DNA from: Candidatus Eiseniibacteriota bacterium
GTDB taxonomy: Bacteria; Eisenbacteria; RBG-16-71-46; CAVPCR01
Assembly (NCBI GenBank): GCA_963702435.1
Contig: CAVPCR010000001.1
Coordinates: 256,001-320,000, forward strand
Direction: 5' to 3'
DNA: 64,000 nucleotides
Made by a program: the position numbers and the translations under genes. A model generated the notes under the pieces. That model saw only the letters and a program-made list of their open reading frames with translations, did not search any database and was not told the origin of the DNA. Below, one piece after another: positions 20,399-33,000 of the stretch (the stretch's first letter is position 1; each line of letters begins with the position of its first letter).

Positions 20399-23300
20399 CT
20401 ACCGGATGACAACGAGCTTCTGGGCGGCGCTGAAGTCGCCGCCGATCGAGATGCGGGCGAAGTAGACCCCGGAACCGACGATCTGCCCGCCCGCCGTCCG
20501 GCCGTCCCAGCGCACGGCGTGCGAGCCTGTCCCGACCGGGCCGGCGACGAGCTCGCGGAGGAGGCGGCCGTTCACGTCGTAGATGGCGAGCGTGACGGGA
20601 CGCGCCCCGCCCGCTTCTCCCGGCACGTCGAAGGAGAGCGTGGTCACCGGGTTGAACGGGTTCGGGCGGGCCGGACGGAAGGCGGGAACGGCGACCAGCG
20701 GCGCCGGACCGGGCTCGGCGACGGCGTTCGGCTGGACCGGGCTCTGGAAGCGGCCGGTGTTCCGCGTGTCGTGCCGGAAGAAGGGCCACGGTATGCGCGC
20801 CGGATTGAACTCGGCCTGGAGATCCCACACGTAGACGCTCGCGTCGAAGCAGGCGACTGCGAGCTCGAGCTTCCCGTCGCGATCGAGGTCCCAGACCGCG
20901 GGCGTGCCGCGCACCTCTCCGGTGAGCTGGATCGGGAAGCCCGCGGCGAGCGTCGCGTCATGGTTGTAGCCGTGGAGCCGGCCCGCCTCGTCGCCGAAGA
21001 GGATCTCGAGGAAGCCGTCCCCGTCGATGTCGGCGAGCGAGGCGGTCGACTGCGAACCTTCGGCCGGCGGATCCTCGGGGTAGTACCAGACCGGGAACCC
21101 GGGCATGAGCTGGCCGGTGCGCTGGAACGCGTAGAGCCGGCCGTCGGTGTCGAGGAAGACGAGATCGAGCGACCCGTCGGCATTGATATCGCCGACCGAT
21201 GGGGACGGGAGGCGCCCCTGGTCCGTGAGCGAGATGATGTTCTGCGGCCAGCCGGGGACACTCGTCCCATTGCCGTTCAGCACGTAGATGGTGCCGAAGT
21301 TGCGCTCGCAGACGATGATCACCTCTTCATCGCCATCCCCGTCGAGATCGGCGATGACCGGGGAGGAGCTCACCTGGGAGGGGACGCCGCCGGCGCCGGT
21401 CAGGAAGGGCCAGCCCGGCACCACGGTCCCGTCAATGTTGAAGGCGTAGACCGGGCCCGTGTTGCCGATGAAGATGTTGTACGGGATCACGATCTCGAGC
21501 TCCGGATCGGCGTCCAGATTGCCCACGGCAGGAGAGCCGTACGTGAAGAACGCACCGCTGACGATGGCGAGGATGCCATCGGTCTGCGGATCGTTGTCGC
21601 CGTCGACGAGCTCGGTCCCATCGTGGTGCCAGGCGAAGACCCGGCCCTCCCGCGCCGCCGAGACCACGATCTCGAGATCGCCATCTCCGTCGAGGTCCGC
21701 CATGACGGGGGATGCCCAGTTGAAGTCGTCGAGCACCGTCTTCGGCCAGCCGGGCATGGGCTCGCCCTGCGTGTCCCAGACGTAGAGCGAGTCGCGGGCG
21801 TAGCTCACGTTCGCGATCTCGAGATCGCCGACGCCGTCCATGTTCCCCGCGGCCGGGGTCGCCGGGAAGCCAAAGGCCGCGGCCGTCCCGAACGCCCGGC
21901 CGAGGAGGGAGATCGGACCGCTTGTGCTCGGGTTGTCGTCGCCGTCCACGAGCTCGGTGCCGTCGCCATGCCAGGCGTACAGCATGTCGGAACCGACGAG
22001 GAGCTCCATGTGCGGGCCGCCGTCCACGTCCGCGATGATGACCGACGAGGAAGTCTGCTGCCCGGTCTCGATCGGCCAGCCTGCCGCGTAGGGCGGACTG
22101 GTCGTCGACGAGAAGACCGCGGAGAATGGGGACGCGTTGAAGGAGGAGTCGCGCGCCGCGACCTTGTAGTAAAAGCGGGTGAAGCCGGGCAGGTTCCCGT
22201 CCTCGAAGGCCGCTGTGCCTTCCACCATGAAGCTGTTCACGCGGTCGAACGGCCCGCCCGGGCTCGTCCCGCGGTAGATGTCATAGCCGCGCGTGTCCGC
22301 CGACTGCGATCGCCGCCAGGTGAGGCGGATCGAGGTCGGGGAACCGAAGGCCTTGAAGCTGTCGGGCGGGGTGGGCACGAGCACGTCGAGGAACTGGAGA
22401 TCCGCCGGGCCGAGGGCGTCCGCCAGCGTGAGCTCGAGGAGGACGGTGGCCGGAGCGCAGGCGGGATCGAGCGTGAAGGCGAAGCGATCCCCCTCGACCT
22501 GCTGGCCCGGGGGCAGCGTCCCGAAGGTCGCGTTCACGTCGGTGACCGTGACGAGCGGATGCGGCAGGCGGTCCGACACTCGGAGCGCCCGGAGCGTCCC
22601 GGTCACTCCCATCGCCCGGTCCTGACCCGCGTTCCGGAGCGTCACCCGGTAGTGGATCTCCTCTCCCGCCTCGACGATCCCGTTTCCGTTTCCGCGCGGC
22701 GCGGCATCGTCCACAGCGTGGGCGTAGTGCTCGAGGTAGGGCCGCCGGAGCGGGAGCACGCGGACATCGGACCAGGTGCCCTGGTCGCCCGTGGCCGTGA
22801 GCGTCAGCACCGGCTGGTACGCGACCGGGGCGTCGGCGGCGATCGCGATGACGAAGGGCCCGCTCCCCAGGGAGATGCCGCCCGGGACGAGCGTGCCGTA
22901 GCTCACCGTGTCCTGGAGGATCGAGAGCGCGCCCAGCGAGTCGGTGGTCGCGGCGAGCGTCGCGGTGAGGCCCGTCACAGTCGCCGTGCCGCCGTTCCGG
23001 AGGGCGACGCGGAGTTCTACCGTCTCCCCGGCGTCCGCCTGCCCGTCCCCGTCCCCGCTCGACGCGCCGTTCGTGTCGTCATCCACCGTGAGCGACTGGA
23101 TAAAGACGACCGGGCCGGTGGCCGCGGTCACCGGGATCGCCGCCGTGTACGGGCGGTAGTAGCTCTTGTGCACGGTGAGAGTGAGGTTGCCGGCCGTGTC
23201 CGCCCCGATGGGGAGCTGGAGCTGGCCGTTCGCCGCGGTCTTGCCCCGCGCGTAGGCCTCGTTGGCCTTCCACAGGGTGACCGTCGCCCCGGCGAGCGGC

Positions 23301-25203
23301 AAACCGCCGGCCGTCACGGTCACCGTGATCGGCGCCGACCCGAGCGGCACCGACGCGGGGTGCGTGACCGCAATCGGGATCACCGCGTTCACGTACATGT
23401 CGGTCTCCGGATCCCCGAGGAGCGTCGTCATGAGGAGGGTCCGGCGCTGGGAGCTGTCGAAGGGGGAGACCGGCACGAGGAGATTGCGAGCCCGATCGGT
23501 GGCCAGGCCCAGAGAGAACACCGAGTCGCGGAACACCTGCCGGTACCACTCGCCCTGGTAGATGCGGGAGGTCGGGATGTGCGCATCGCGCGAGGTGCCG
23601 ACGTAGGCGACCGCGCCGCCCGCCGGGTTCTTGACGAAGCGCTCGCCGATCGCGTTGAAATCGATCGAGGCCGAGCTGCAGTTGATGGCGAAGACGACCG
23701 AGTTGCGCGGGCCGTTCACGAAGGCGTCGGCCTCCGTGTTGGAGAGCGTGCCGGGCCCCACCGACATCGAGTTCCGGAAGCCGTGCCCGACGTGGTGCAC
23801 GATGCCGAAGCCGGCGTCGATCGAGTCGATCGCCCCCTGCCGGGTGAGCTCGATCGAGCCGGGATAGTTCGCCGACTCCTCGTACAGGCGGACGACGCGC
23901 ATCCACGGCGGCAGGTACGCTCGCGCCTCCTCGGCGAGCGTGGCCCCGTTCAGCGTCGCATCGAGGCGCTCGGCCAGGGCCAGCCAGGAGGCGGGATACA
24001 GTCCATCCGAGGGCGGGTTCTCCTCGTACGCGAGGAGCTTGTTGACGATGGCCTGGGCCTGGGGCGCGGTCGAGACCGGCGCCCTCCCGATCGTCACGTC
24101 GAAGTAGAGGTCGGCGTTGTCGCCCGGCGGATTCGACCGCGATTCGCCGAAGCGCGCGTCGCCGTCTGCATTCCAGTTGCCTTCCAGACAGCCGTAGTAC
24201 ATGTCCGCCGGGATGGCCTCGCCGCTCACCATCATCGCGTAGCGTGGCGGCACGACGTCGGTGTCGCCGCCGAGGAGCGCGAAGAGCGCGCCCCAGTTCT
24301 GGTAGGCGTCGCGGAGGAAGAAGCGGATCCGCTCCGCGCGGTCCACCCCGTTTGGATAGGTCTGGTCGATCCACTCGACCGTACGCACCACGGCCTGCAC
24401 GCCCTTCCTGGTCTTCCAGTCGGCGAGGCGCTGGAACTCCGCCGCCATCGCCGTCGAGGTCACGATCACATACTCGACCGCGCTCCCGTCCGCGGTCGGC
24501 CGGAAGCTGGGCTGATAGGGTCCCGGCCCCGCCGGGCCGTTCCCCACGTCCTCGTAGCCCTCGGTGGCCGCGGCCGGTGCGAAGCGCCGGATCATCTTCT
24601 CCGCCCCCGCCTCGAAGCGGGCCTCGATCTCCGCGACGACGCGATGGCGCTGCGAGCGGCTCCGGCGCGCCTGGCGCCCGCCCCGGAGCGAGCACCAGAG
24701 TCACCGTGACCGCGCTCGCGGTCTCGAGCGCACCGCTTCCCGCATTCCAGCGCGCGGGCGCCACGAGCACGCAGGCGAGCTGGTGCCCGCGGAGCGAGCC
24801 CTCGCTCGCGAGCTCGGCCCACGCCGCCGGATACAGGCCCGCGCTCCCGTAGATCCCCGGATCCGCGAGCGCCGGCTGCGGCTCCTCGTCGGCCCGCGTG
24901 TCGGGCGCCACGGGCGCCACGCGCACGCGCTCCTGCCTCTCCACGCCGAGCGGCTCCGCCTTCACGCCGACCACGTGCATCCCCGCCGGCACCTCGATCC
25001 AGAGCGGCACGAGCGGCAGATCGGGCGCACCGTCCCGGCCCGGGAGAGCGCCGGGATAGCTCACGGTGACGGCGTCCCCGGCGCCCGCTTCCACGCGCAG
25101 GCGCGTCACGCTCGAAGCGCATCTCCTCGACGAGCACGGTCTCGGCGGCGGCCACGCCCGCCGCCAACAGGAATCCGCCCGCAAACAGAGCCAGGAGCTT
25201 CAT
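20399..25203 (-). pseudogene. C25 peptidase/FG-GAP/CTD protein (copy 3), two +1 frameshifts near 25100 and 24651 in the propeptide region
   Basis: Signal peptide MKLLALFAGG... in one frame, propeptide RLRVEAGAG...EPLA in a second frame, and RVVAEIEARFE...KLVVIR in a third. Confidence 0.85.
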
Positions 25204-25239
25204 GGGTCCTCAACCTTCATCGATGTGAGCCCGCGCGCA

Positions 25240-28200
25240 TCACCGGATCACCGTGACGCGCTCGACCGCCTCCCCACCCGGGGCGAGGAGACGAAGCCAG
25301 TACACGCCGGAGGGAACGAGGGCGCCGCTCGCGCTCCGCCCGTCCCAGGTCAGGCGATGCTCGCCGGCCGGGAGCGCCGTGGCGACGAGCTCGCGCACGA
25401 GACGCCCGCCGACGCCGTAGAGAGAGAGATCGACCGCGCCCGCCGCCGGCAGGCGGAACCGGATCTCGGCCGCCGGATTGGCCGGGCTCGGCCATGGCGC
25501 TAGAAGCTGCGGTCTGCCGTGGTTATCCGCGACAGCGGCCGCGCCGGCCCCCGGCTCCCGGTCCGGCGCCGCGAGCGGAGCGAACGGGAGCTCCACGTTG
25601 CCGCTGTTGTGCGCGTCGCGATGGAAGAAGGGCCAGGGCAGACGCTCCGGGGCCGCCACGCCGGCCAGATCCCAGACGTAGAGCCGGCGATCCCAGCCGG
25701 CGACCACCACCTCGACGAGGCCGTCCGAGTCCACGTCGCCGAGCGCCGCCGCTCCGCGCACCTCCCCGTCGGTCTGGATCGGGAACCCGCTCACCGCCGA
25801 CGCGTCCGGGTTCCAGCCGTAGATGCGGCCGTCCTCGGCGCCGAGGAGAATCTCGGGCTCCGGGTCCCCGTCCACGTCCCCGACGACCGGCGTCGACTGG
25901 GTGGCGCGCGCCGCGATCGCCTCCGGATCGGTGGCGAAGGTGAGATCGGTGAAGCCGGGGCGGAGCGTCCCGTCGGCGTGGAAGACGAGGAGCCGCGCCT
26001 GGTGGATCTGGGCCGCCGAGTTCTCGGCGAAGATCACCTCGAGCGTCCCATCGCCGTCGAGATCGGCGAGGACCGGGGACGAGGTGCGCGCCGGCGCGTT
26101 CTCGATGAAGGCCCACACGGGCCAGCCGGGAGCCGCGCTGCCGTCCGCCCGCAGCACGTGGAGCGAATCGTCCTCGACCGCGACCGCGATCTCGAGTCCA
26201 TCGCTCGCGGGATCGAGGTCGCCGAGCGCGGGCGACGAGGAGATGCGGCCGCCGAGGAAGACGGGGAACCCGGGCGCCTCGCCGCCCGCGGCGCGGAGCG
26301 CGTGCAGGCTGCCGCTCGACTCGTCGAGACCCACGATCACCTCGAGCCCGGGCTCGCCGTCGAGATCGGCGAGCGCCGGCGTCGCGAAGCTGTAGGGGGC
26401 CGCCGGATCCGGGAGGAAGAGGACTCCCGGCGTCTCCGGGTTCGCATCCCCGTCCCGCACCTCGGTCCCGTCGTGGTGCCAGGCGTAGACCGCGCCCACC
26501 GCGCCGCCGAGGACCGCCACCTCGAGATCGCCGTCGCCGTCGAGATCGCCGACCGCGGGCGAGCCCCAGTTGCGGTTCCCGGTGTCCGGCCAGCGGAGGC
26601 TCTGCGGCCAGCCGGGGAGCCGCGAACCATCGCGCCGCCACGCGAAAACCTGCGCCGAGTCCCAGGCCACGGCGATGAGATCGAGCGCGCCGTCCCCGTC
26701 GAGATCGGCGATCGCCGGCACCGCGTGGTAGCCGCGCTGCTCGGACCGGCCGTCGGTCGTGAACACCCCGTTCGTGACCACGTTCGAGTCCCCGTCGCGA
26801 AGCTCGGTCGCATCGCCGCGCCAGGCGTAGAGGGCGTCGGCCCCGGTCACGATCTCCTCCGCGCCGTCTCCGTCCAGATCGGCGAGGACCGGCGAGGATG
26901 CGGTCTCCTGGCCCATGGCGACCGGCCAGCCGGGATGGAGCGCGGGGCTCGTGGTGCCGGCGGCCGCGTCCGAGAACGGGCTCCGGTTCCCCGACGAGTC
27001 GACGGCCGCGACACGGTAGCTGAAGGTCGAGAGCGGGGCGAGATCGCGATCGGTGAAGTAGGCCGCGGCGAGCGGGCGCGGCGTCACGCTCGCGAAGGGG
27101 CCGCCCGCCTCCGGGGCGCGCTCGACCAGGTAGCCGGCGAGATCCGAATCGGGCGGCGCCGCCCACGATACGAGCACCGAGGACTCGGAGCCGCGGGTGC
27201 GGGCGCCGGTAGGAGCCGCCGGCGGGCGGAAGTCGAGCCGGGCGATCGGCTCGTCGCCGAACGCGCTCGCCACGCGCACCTCGAGCCGGAGGCTGTCGAT
27301 CTCGGCATCCACGGCCAGGGAGAACTGGAACGGATCGCCGGCCGTCGTCTCGCCGCCGCGAAGGTCTCCGAACCGCGCGCGGCCATCGAGCATGGCGGCG
27401 GCGGACGCGGGCTCGCCGGTCGCGAGATCGATGACGCGAGCGGTCGCCTCGACCGCGGGCGCCGTGCCCGCGCCCACGTTGGCGAGGAGGAGGGCGTAGC
27501 GAACGATCTCGCCCGGCGCCACCGCGCCGTCGCCGTCGATCGTGCGGCCGGCGAGCACAAGCCGTGGCCCGGCCACCGGGACGACCCGGCGCAGCGTGCG
27601 CCGCTCGGGCGGCGCGTCGAGCGTGATCTCGAAGGCGAGGAGATCCTGGTCGGCGGCGCTCGTCGCCACCGTGAAGCGGAGCGAGCCGACCTCGGTCGCG
27701 GCCCCCGGCCCGAGCGCAGGAAACGGCGACGAGCCGTCGATAATGGTGGCAGGACCGGAGAGGAGGGTGAGACGCGCGGTGCCCGCCGCGGCCGCGGCGC
27801 CGCCCGCATTGAGGACCGTGACCCGGAGATCCACCGTCTCGCCCGGCTCGGCGACGCGGTCCCCGTCACCGCCCGCGCCGTCATCGATCCCGATCGCGTC
27901 GGCGACGAGATAGGAGCCGCCGGCACCCGCGATCGCGAGCCCGGAGCGCGCGGGCCAGGCATCGGGCGCGCTCGCCGCGATCGTGAACGGGCCCTGCGAC
28001 CCGGCCGGAAGCGGGAGCGACACCTCGCCCGAGCGATCGGTCTCGGCGGTGGCGAGGCTCCCGTCGGCGCCGCGGAGCGCGACCGGCACGAAGGCGGCGG
28101 CCGCGCCGCCTGCCGTCACGGTGATCGCGACCTCCGGCGTGCCCGGGGCCACCGCGGGCGCGTGGCGGAGGACGAGCGGAGCGGGCGGGCGCGTGAAGAG

Positions 28201-30051
28201 CGGGGTCAGCGGATCGCCGATCACGGTGAGCGCGAACTGGGTCCAGCGATGCGCTCCCTCGACCTCGGCCTGCTCGGCAAGGAGGCTCCGCACGCGGAGG
28301 ACGGCCTCCCCCACCGTGCGGAGCGTGTCCTGGAACGCCGCATGGAAGAACGCGGTCTGGTAGTGCTGGGCGGTGCCGGGGAAGGCGTAGCGCGAGGAAC
28401 CGATGTAGGCGATGGCGCCGCCTGCCGGGTTCCTGACCAGGTGCTCGCCGATCGAGTTGAAGTCGATGGCGGCCGAGGTGCAGTTGAGCGCCAGGAAGAC
28501 GGGGAGGCGCGGCCGGTTCTCGAGACCGTCCACATCGGCGTTCGAGAGCGAGCCGGCGCCCACCGAGAGCGTGTTGCGGAAACCGTGGCCGACATGCTCG
28601 ACGAGTCCGTAGCCGCGACCGAGCTCGGCGAGCGAGGAGGCGGGCGAGAGCGGCGCCGCACCCGGGTAGGCGGTGTGGTTCTCGTAGAGCCGCGCATGGC
28701 TCATGGCGGGGGTGAGGAGGGCGCGCGTGTCCTCGGCGATCGCGGCGCCGTCCTGCGACTCGAACAGCACCTCGGCGAGGAAGAGCACCGAGGCCGGGTA
28801 GTCGCTCGCCGCCCCGCTCCCCTCCTCGTACACGATCTGCCGGTCGACGAAGGTCCGCGCCTCCTCCCGCGTCGACACCGGGGCGCGCCCGAGGAGGACA
28901 TCGGGGACGAGATCCACGAGATCGCCCGGCTCGCCCGCCGGCCCCGGCGCCTCGCCGATCTCGTCGTCCCCGTCGGCGTTCCAGTCGCCGTCGAGCGCGG
29001 CGTAGTAGAGCTCGCACGGGATCGGCTCGGCGGTCCCGACGAAGTAGCTCGACACGGCGTAGCGCGCGGGGATCACATCGGTATCGCCGCCGAGGAGCAC
29101 CCAGACCGTGCCCCAGCTCCCGGCGGCATCCGCGATGAAGGCCCGGATCCGCGCCGCGAGGTCGGAGTAGCCGTCGCCCCCGTAGGCGCTCGCGATCCAC
29201 TCGACCGTGCGCACCTGGGCGCGGCGGCCCTGGCTCGTGCGGAAGTGCGCGAGGCGCTCGAACTCGGGGCGGAGCGCCTCGTTCGTGATGATGACGACCT
29301 CGACCGGGCTCCCGTCGGCGGTCGGCGCGAGCGGCGGCGCGAACGCACCGTCCACGCGGAGCGGCGCCGGTGCGACCGCCGCCGCGCGCGCTCTCCCCCG
29401 CGCGCGCGCGAAGCGGGCCTCGAGATCGGGCTCGATGCGGCGCGCGGCGAGGTCTCCGCCGTCCGTCTCGACCGTGATCTCGACCGCGATCGACTCCTGG
29501 CGCAGGAGGGCGCCGCCGTCGTAACCGGCGACGCGGAGGACAATGTGCGCCGCGGCCGACCCGCGCGCGCGGCCGAGCGCCGCGCCGAGGACCGCGGGGG
29601 CCGCCGCCGCGGCGGCCGGGCGTGCCGCGCGCGGCGCCGGCGCTCCCTCGCCCGCGGGCGCGACGGCCGGGGCGAGGAGCGGGGCGCGGAGCGGCATCGG
29701 CGCCGCGGGATCGACGGCGACCACACGGGCCGCCACCGCCCGCGCTGCCGCCGGCACCGGCACGGTCAGGGCGAGGAGCGGAAGCCCGTCGTCGCCTGAG
29801 AAAAGCTGCGCACGAACGTCGTTTTCCACGGCGGCCGCCGCGCCGGGTCGCGCGACGGTCACCGGCACGTCGCCGGCCGCGGCGAGGGTCACCCCGGCCG
29901 CCACCTCCTGCAGGCCGAGGTCGGCCGCGCGGAGATCGACGGTCGCCGTCAGCACGACCTCCGCGGCGAGCGCGCTCCCACTCGCCAGCGCGAGCGCCGC
30001 CACCGCGGCGAGCAGCGCCAAGGCCCGGGCTTTGCTCCTCATCCCCACCAT
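25240..30051 (-). CDS. Secreted C25 peptidase/FG-GAP/CTD protein (copy 2, most divergent)
   Basis: Start at ATG 30051 (TGATG overlap with the upstream stop) or 30042 (MRSKARALALLAAVAALALASGSALA); EHVGHG, ALNCTS; ends GVYWLRL...RVTVIR. Confidence 0.88.
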   Translation of the reverse strand: MVGMRSKARALALLAAVAALALASGSALAAEVVLTATVDLRAADLGLQEVAAGVTLAAAGDVPVTVARPGAAAAVENDVRAQLFSGDDGLPLLALTVPVPAAARAVAARVVAVDPAAPMPLRAPLLAPAVAPAGEGAPAPRAARPAAAAAAPAVLGAALGRARGSAAAHIVLRVAGYDGGALLRQESIAVEITVETDGGDLAARRIEPDLEARFARARGRARAAAVAPAPLRVDGAFAPPLAPTADGSPVEVVIITNEALRPEFERLAHFRTSQGRRAQVRTVEWIASAYGGDGYSDLAARIRAFIADAAGSWGTVWVLLGGDTDVIPARYAVSSYFVGTAEPIPCELYYAALDGDWNADGDDEIGEAPGPAGEPGDLVDLVPDVLLGRAPVSTREEARTFVDRQIVYEEGSGAASDYPASVLFLAEVLFESQDGAAIAEDTRALLTPAMSHARLYENHTAYPGAAPLSPASSLAELGRGYGLVEHVGHGFRNTLSVGAGSLSNADVDGLENRPRLPVFLALNCTSAAIDFNSIGEHLVRNPAGGAIAYIGSSRYAFPGTAQHYQTAFFHAAFQDTLRTVGEAVLRVRSLLAEQAEVEGAHRWTQFALTVIGDPLTPLFTRPPAPLVLRHAPAVAPGTPEVAITVTAGGAAAAFVPVALRGADGSLATAETDRSGEVSLPLPAGSQGPFTIAASAPDAWPARSGLAIAGAGGSYLVADAIGIDDGAGGDGDRVAEPGETVDLRVTVLNAGGAAAAAGTARLTLLSGPATIIDGSSPFPALGPGAATEVGSLRFTVATSAADQDLLAFEITLDAPPERRTLRRVVPVAGPRLVLAGRTIDGDGAVAPGEIVRYALLLANVGAGTAPAVEATARVIDLATGEPASAAAMLDGRARFGDLRGGETTAGDPFQFSLAVDAEIDSLRLEVRVASAFGDEPIARLDFRPPAAPTGARTRGSESSVLVSWAAPPDSDLAGYLVERAPEAGGPFASVTPRPLAAAYFTDRDLAPLSTFSYRVAAVDSSGNRSPFSDAAAGTTSPALHPGWPVAMGQETASSPVLADLDGDGAEEIVTGADALYAWRGDATELRDGDSNVVTNGVFTTDGRSEQRGYHAVPAIADLDGDGALDLIAVAWDSAQVFAWRRDGSRLPGWPQSLRWPDTGNRNWGSPAVGDLDGDGDLEVAVLGGAVGAVYAWHHDGTEVRDGDANPETPGVLFLPDPAAPYSFATPALADLDGEPGLEVIVGLDESSGSLHALRAAGGEAPGFPVFLGGRISSSPALGDLDPASDGLEIAVAVEDDSLHVLRADGSAAPGWPVWAFIENAPARTSSPVLADLDGDGTLEVIFAENSAAQIHQARLLVFHADGTLRPGFTDLTFATDPEAIAARATQSTPVVGDVDGDPEPEILLGAEDGRIYGWNPDASAVSGFPIQTDGEVRGAAALGDVDSDGLVEVVVAGWDRRLYVWDLAGVAAPERLPWPFFHRDAHNSGNVELPFAPLAAPDREPGAGAAAVADNHGRPQLLAPWPSPANPAAEIRFRLPAAGAVDLSLYGVGGRLVRELVATALPAGEHRLTWDGRSASGALVPSGVYWLRLLAPGGEAVERVTVIR

Positions 30052-33000
30052 CACCTCACGAGCACGAGCTTCTGGATGGCCGCGAACCCGGGGCCATCGG
30101 CCTTGAGGAAGTAGACGCCCGAGGCGAGCGGCTCGCCGCGGCCGTCCCGGCCGTCCCAGGTGAACCGATGCGGGCCCGGCGCGAGCGGGGTCGCGAGGAG
30201 AACGCGCGCGAGACGTCCGCTCACGTCGTAGATGCGGAGCCCGATCGGCTCCCTGCCGGCGCTCGCCGGCACGTCGAGCGCGAACTCGGTCGCCGGGTTG
30301 AACGGATTCGGTTGCGCCCGCCCGAGGCGGAAGGCGGCCGCGAGCGGCGCCGCGCCCGGATCGTCGATCCCGATCGTGGTCGAGGTGCCGGCGTTCCCGG
30401 TGTTCCGGAGATCGTGGCGGAAGCTCCCCCACGGCACGAGCGCCCGATTGTAGGCGTAGGGCATCTTCCACACGTAGACGTTCTGGTCGTACCCCGAGAC
30501 CGCGATCTCGACGAGCCCGTCCTGGTCGAAGTCGGCGATCGTCGCGCCCGAACGCACCTCCCCCTCGAGCTGGATGGGGAATCCGGCGACCTCGGTGCCG
30601 TCATGATTCCAGGCGTAGAGCCGGCGGTCCTCGGCGCCGAGGAGCACCTCGTACTGCCCGTCGCCGTCGATGTCGCCCACGGTCGGCGTGGCCTCGGTCG
30701 CGCCGGCGTCGAGCTCGTCCTGCGCGAAGAGCACGTTCGTCCAGCCCGGCATGGCGCTGCCGTCGCGCCGCCAGACATGGAAGCGGCCGTCGTTCGCCGC
30801 GAACAGGATATCGAGCTGCCCGTTCTGATCGAGGTCGGCGACGATCGGCGATGAGGTCCGCGCCTGTCCCGTGAGTACTTCCGCAAGACGCGGCCAGCCC
30901 GGGAAGCGCCCGCCGTCGGCCTTGAATACGTACACCGAGTCGTCCTCGGCGGCGACCACGAGCTCGGGCGGCCCGACGCCGTCGAGATCGGCCACCGCCG
31001 GGGTCGCGGTGATCGGGCCGCCGGTCGCCTGCGGCCAGCCGGGCAACAGCGTGCCGTCGCCGTCGATCACGAAGACCTCGCCCGCGGCGGAGTTGGCGAC
31101 GGCGACCACCTCGTCGCGGCCGTCCCCATCGAAGTCGCCGAGGGCGGTGCCGGCATAGGTGAAGGTCGAGCCGACCACGAAGAAGGGTCCGATGGTCGAG
31201 GGGTTGCCGTCGCCGTTCACGACCTCGGTCCCGTCGTGGTTGAACGCAAAGACCACACCGTCCTGTCCCCGCATCGCCACGATCTCGAGCTGGTTGTCCT
31301 GGTCGAGCTGCCCGACCGCGGCTGAGCCCCAGTTGAAAGGATAGGAGAAGGTGCGCGGCCAGCCGGGGCGCTGGTTCCCGTCCGGGCCGAGCACGTGGAG
31401 CTTCCCCTCCTCAGCCCGCGCGCCCCAGCCCGCGAAGATGATCTCGAAGGACCCGTCCCGGTTGAGGTCGGCGATCGCCGGATCGCCGCGGAACCCGTTG
31501 TCGATGTCGTACCCCCAGGTCGTGAACGGGCCGGAGCTCCGCGGATCGTTGTCGCCGTCCCGCACCTCGAGCCCATCGGCGCGCCAGGCATAGATGTAAT
31601 CCGAGCCCATCACCAGCTCGTTCCGGCCGTCGCGATCGAAGTCGTAGATCTGCGGGCCCGAGGTCGTGACCTGGGTGGTCTCGATCGGCCAGCCGGCGGC
31701 GAGCGGCGGGTTGGTCGAAACCGAGATCGCGGCCGAGAGGGGGCCCGTGTTGAACGAGGAGTCGCGGGCCGCCACCTTGTAGTAGTAGCGGGTGAGCGGC
31801 GCGAGCGGCGTGTCCTCGTAGAAGGAGATGCCGTCCACCGTGTAGGCGTTCACGCGCGTGAACGGCCCGGCCGCGCTCGCCGCGCGGTAGATGTCGAAGC
31901 CGAGGAGATCGGGGTCCGTGTTCCGCTCCCACAGGATCCTGATCGAGCTCGCGGAGCCGATCGCGCGCAGGCTATCCACCGGCCCCGGGATCGCGAGGTC
32001 GGTGAGGTCGACTCGAAGCGTGTCGTAGTTGTCCTCGACCGTGAGCTCGAGGCGGAGGAGCGCCGGGACGGCCGACCCGCCCAGGCTGAACGCATAGCTC
32101 CCGCTTCCGCGCTGGCCGGGGTCGAGCGTGCCGTAGGCTGCGAAGCCGTCGGTCACCGTCACCGCCGGATCCGGGAGCCCCGTGTTCCGGTTGAGCACGC
32201 GGAGCCGCCCCTCGATGCCGACGCCCTGGCCGATTCCGTCGTTCCGGAGCTCGACCGTGTAGCCCACGTCCTCGCCGGGCTCGATCAGAGCGTTCCCGTT
32301 GCCGCCGGGCGGCGGATCGCTCCAGGCGTGCGCGTACTGCGTCGTGCGTACGGCGTAGACCGGGAGCACGAAGATGTCGGACCAGTTCCCCTGGTCGGTC
32401 GTCAAGTCGATGCGGAACCGGGGCAGGAAGTCGAGCGGCGCGGTCATCTTGACGCGCACCACGTGGGACTGGCCGTGCACGGTGCCGCCGGGCGGCACGT
32501 TCGGGTAGGTGACGGGCGGCGTCGAGAAGATCGAGACGTGCTCGGCGCCGTACTCGCAGACGAGGGTCGCCGTCACATTGGTGGCGGCGGCGAGGCCCGT
32601 GTTCCGGAGGAAGGCGTCGAGCCACACGGTCTCGCCCGGGTTGGTCTGCCCGTCGTCGTTGCCGACCGAGCCGCCGGACAGGTCATCGTCGACGTTGACA
32701 TCCTGCACGTAGAGGAAGGGCGGGGTCGAGGCCACGATCTGCATGGTCGCCGTGTAGGGCAGGTAGTTGCGGCGGGCCGCCGTGACCTGGGCGAGGCCGG
32801 GGGCCTCGGGATCGAAGGGCAGGGCGGAGATCCCGTTCACGGCGGTCTGGCCCTTCTTGTAGTCCTGCCCCGGCGCCCACAGGGTGACGGTCGCCGCCGC
32901 GACCGGGCTCCCGCCGGCGCGCACCGTGGTCACGACGACGCCGGTGCCCAGAGCGAGCGTGTCGGGATGCTCGGCGACGAGGGGCTCGGGCCGGTTGGTC

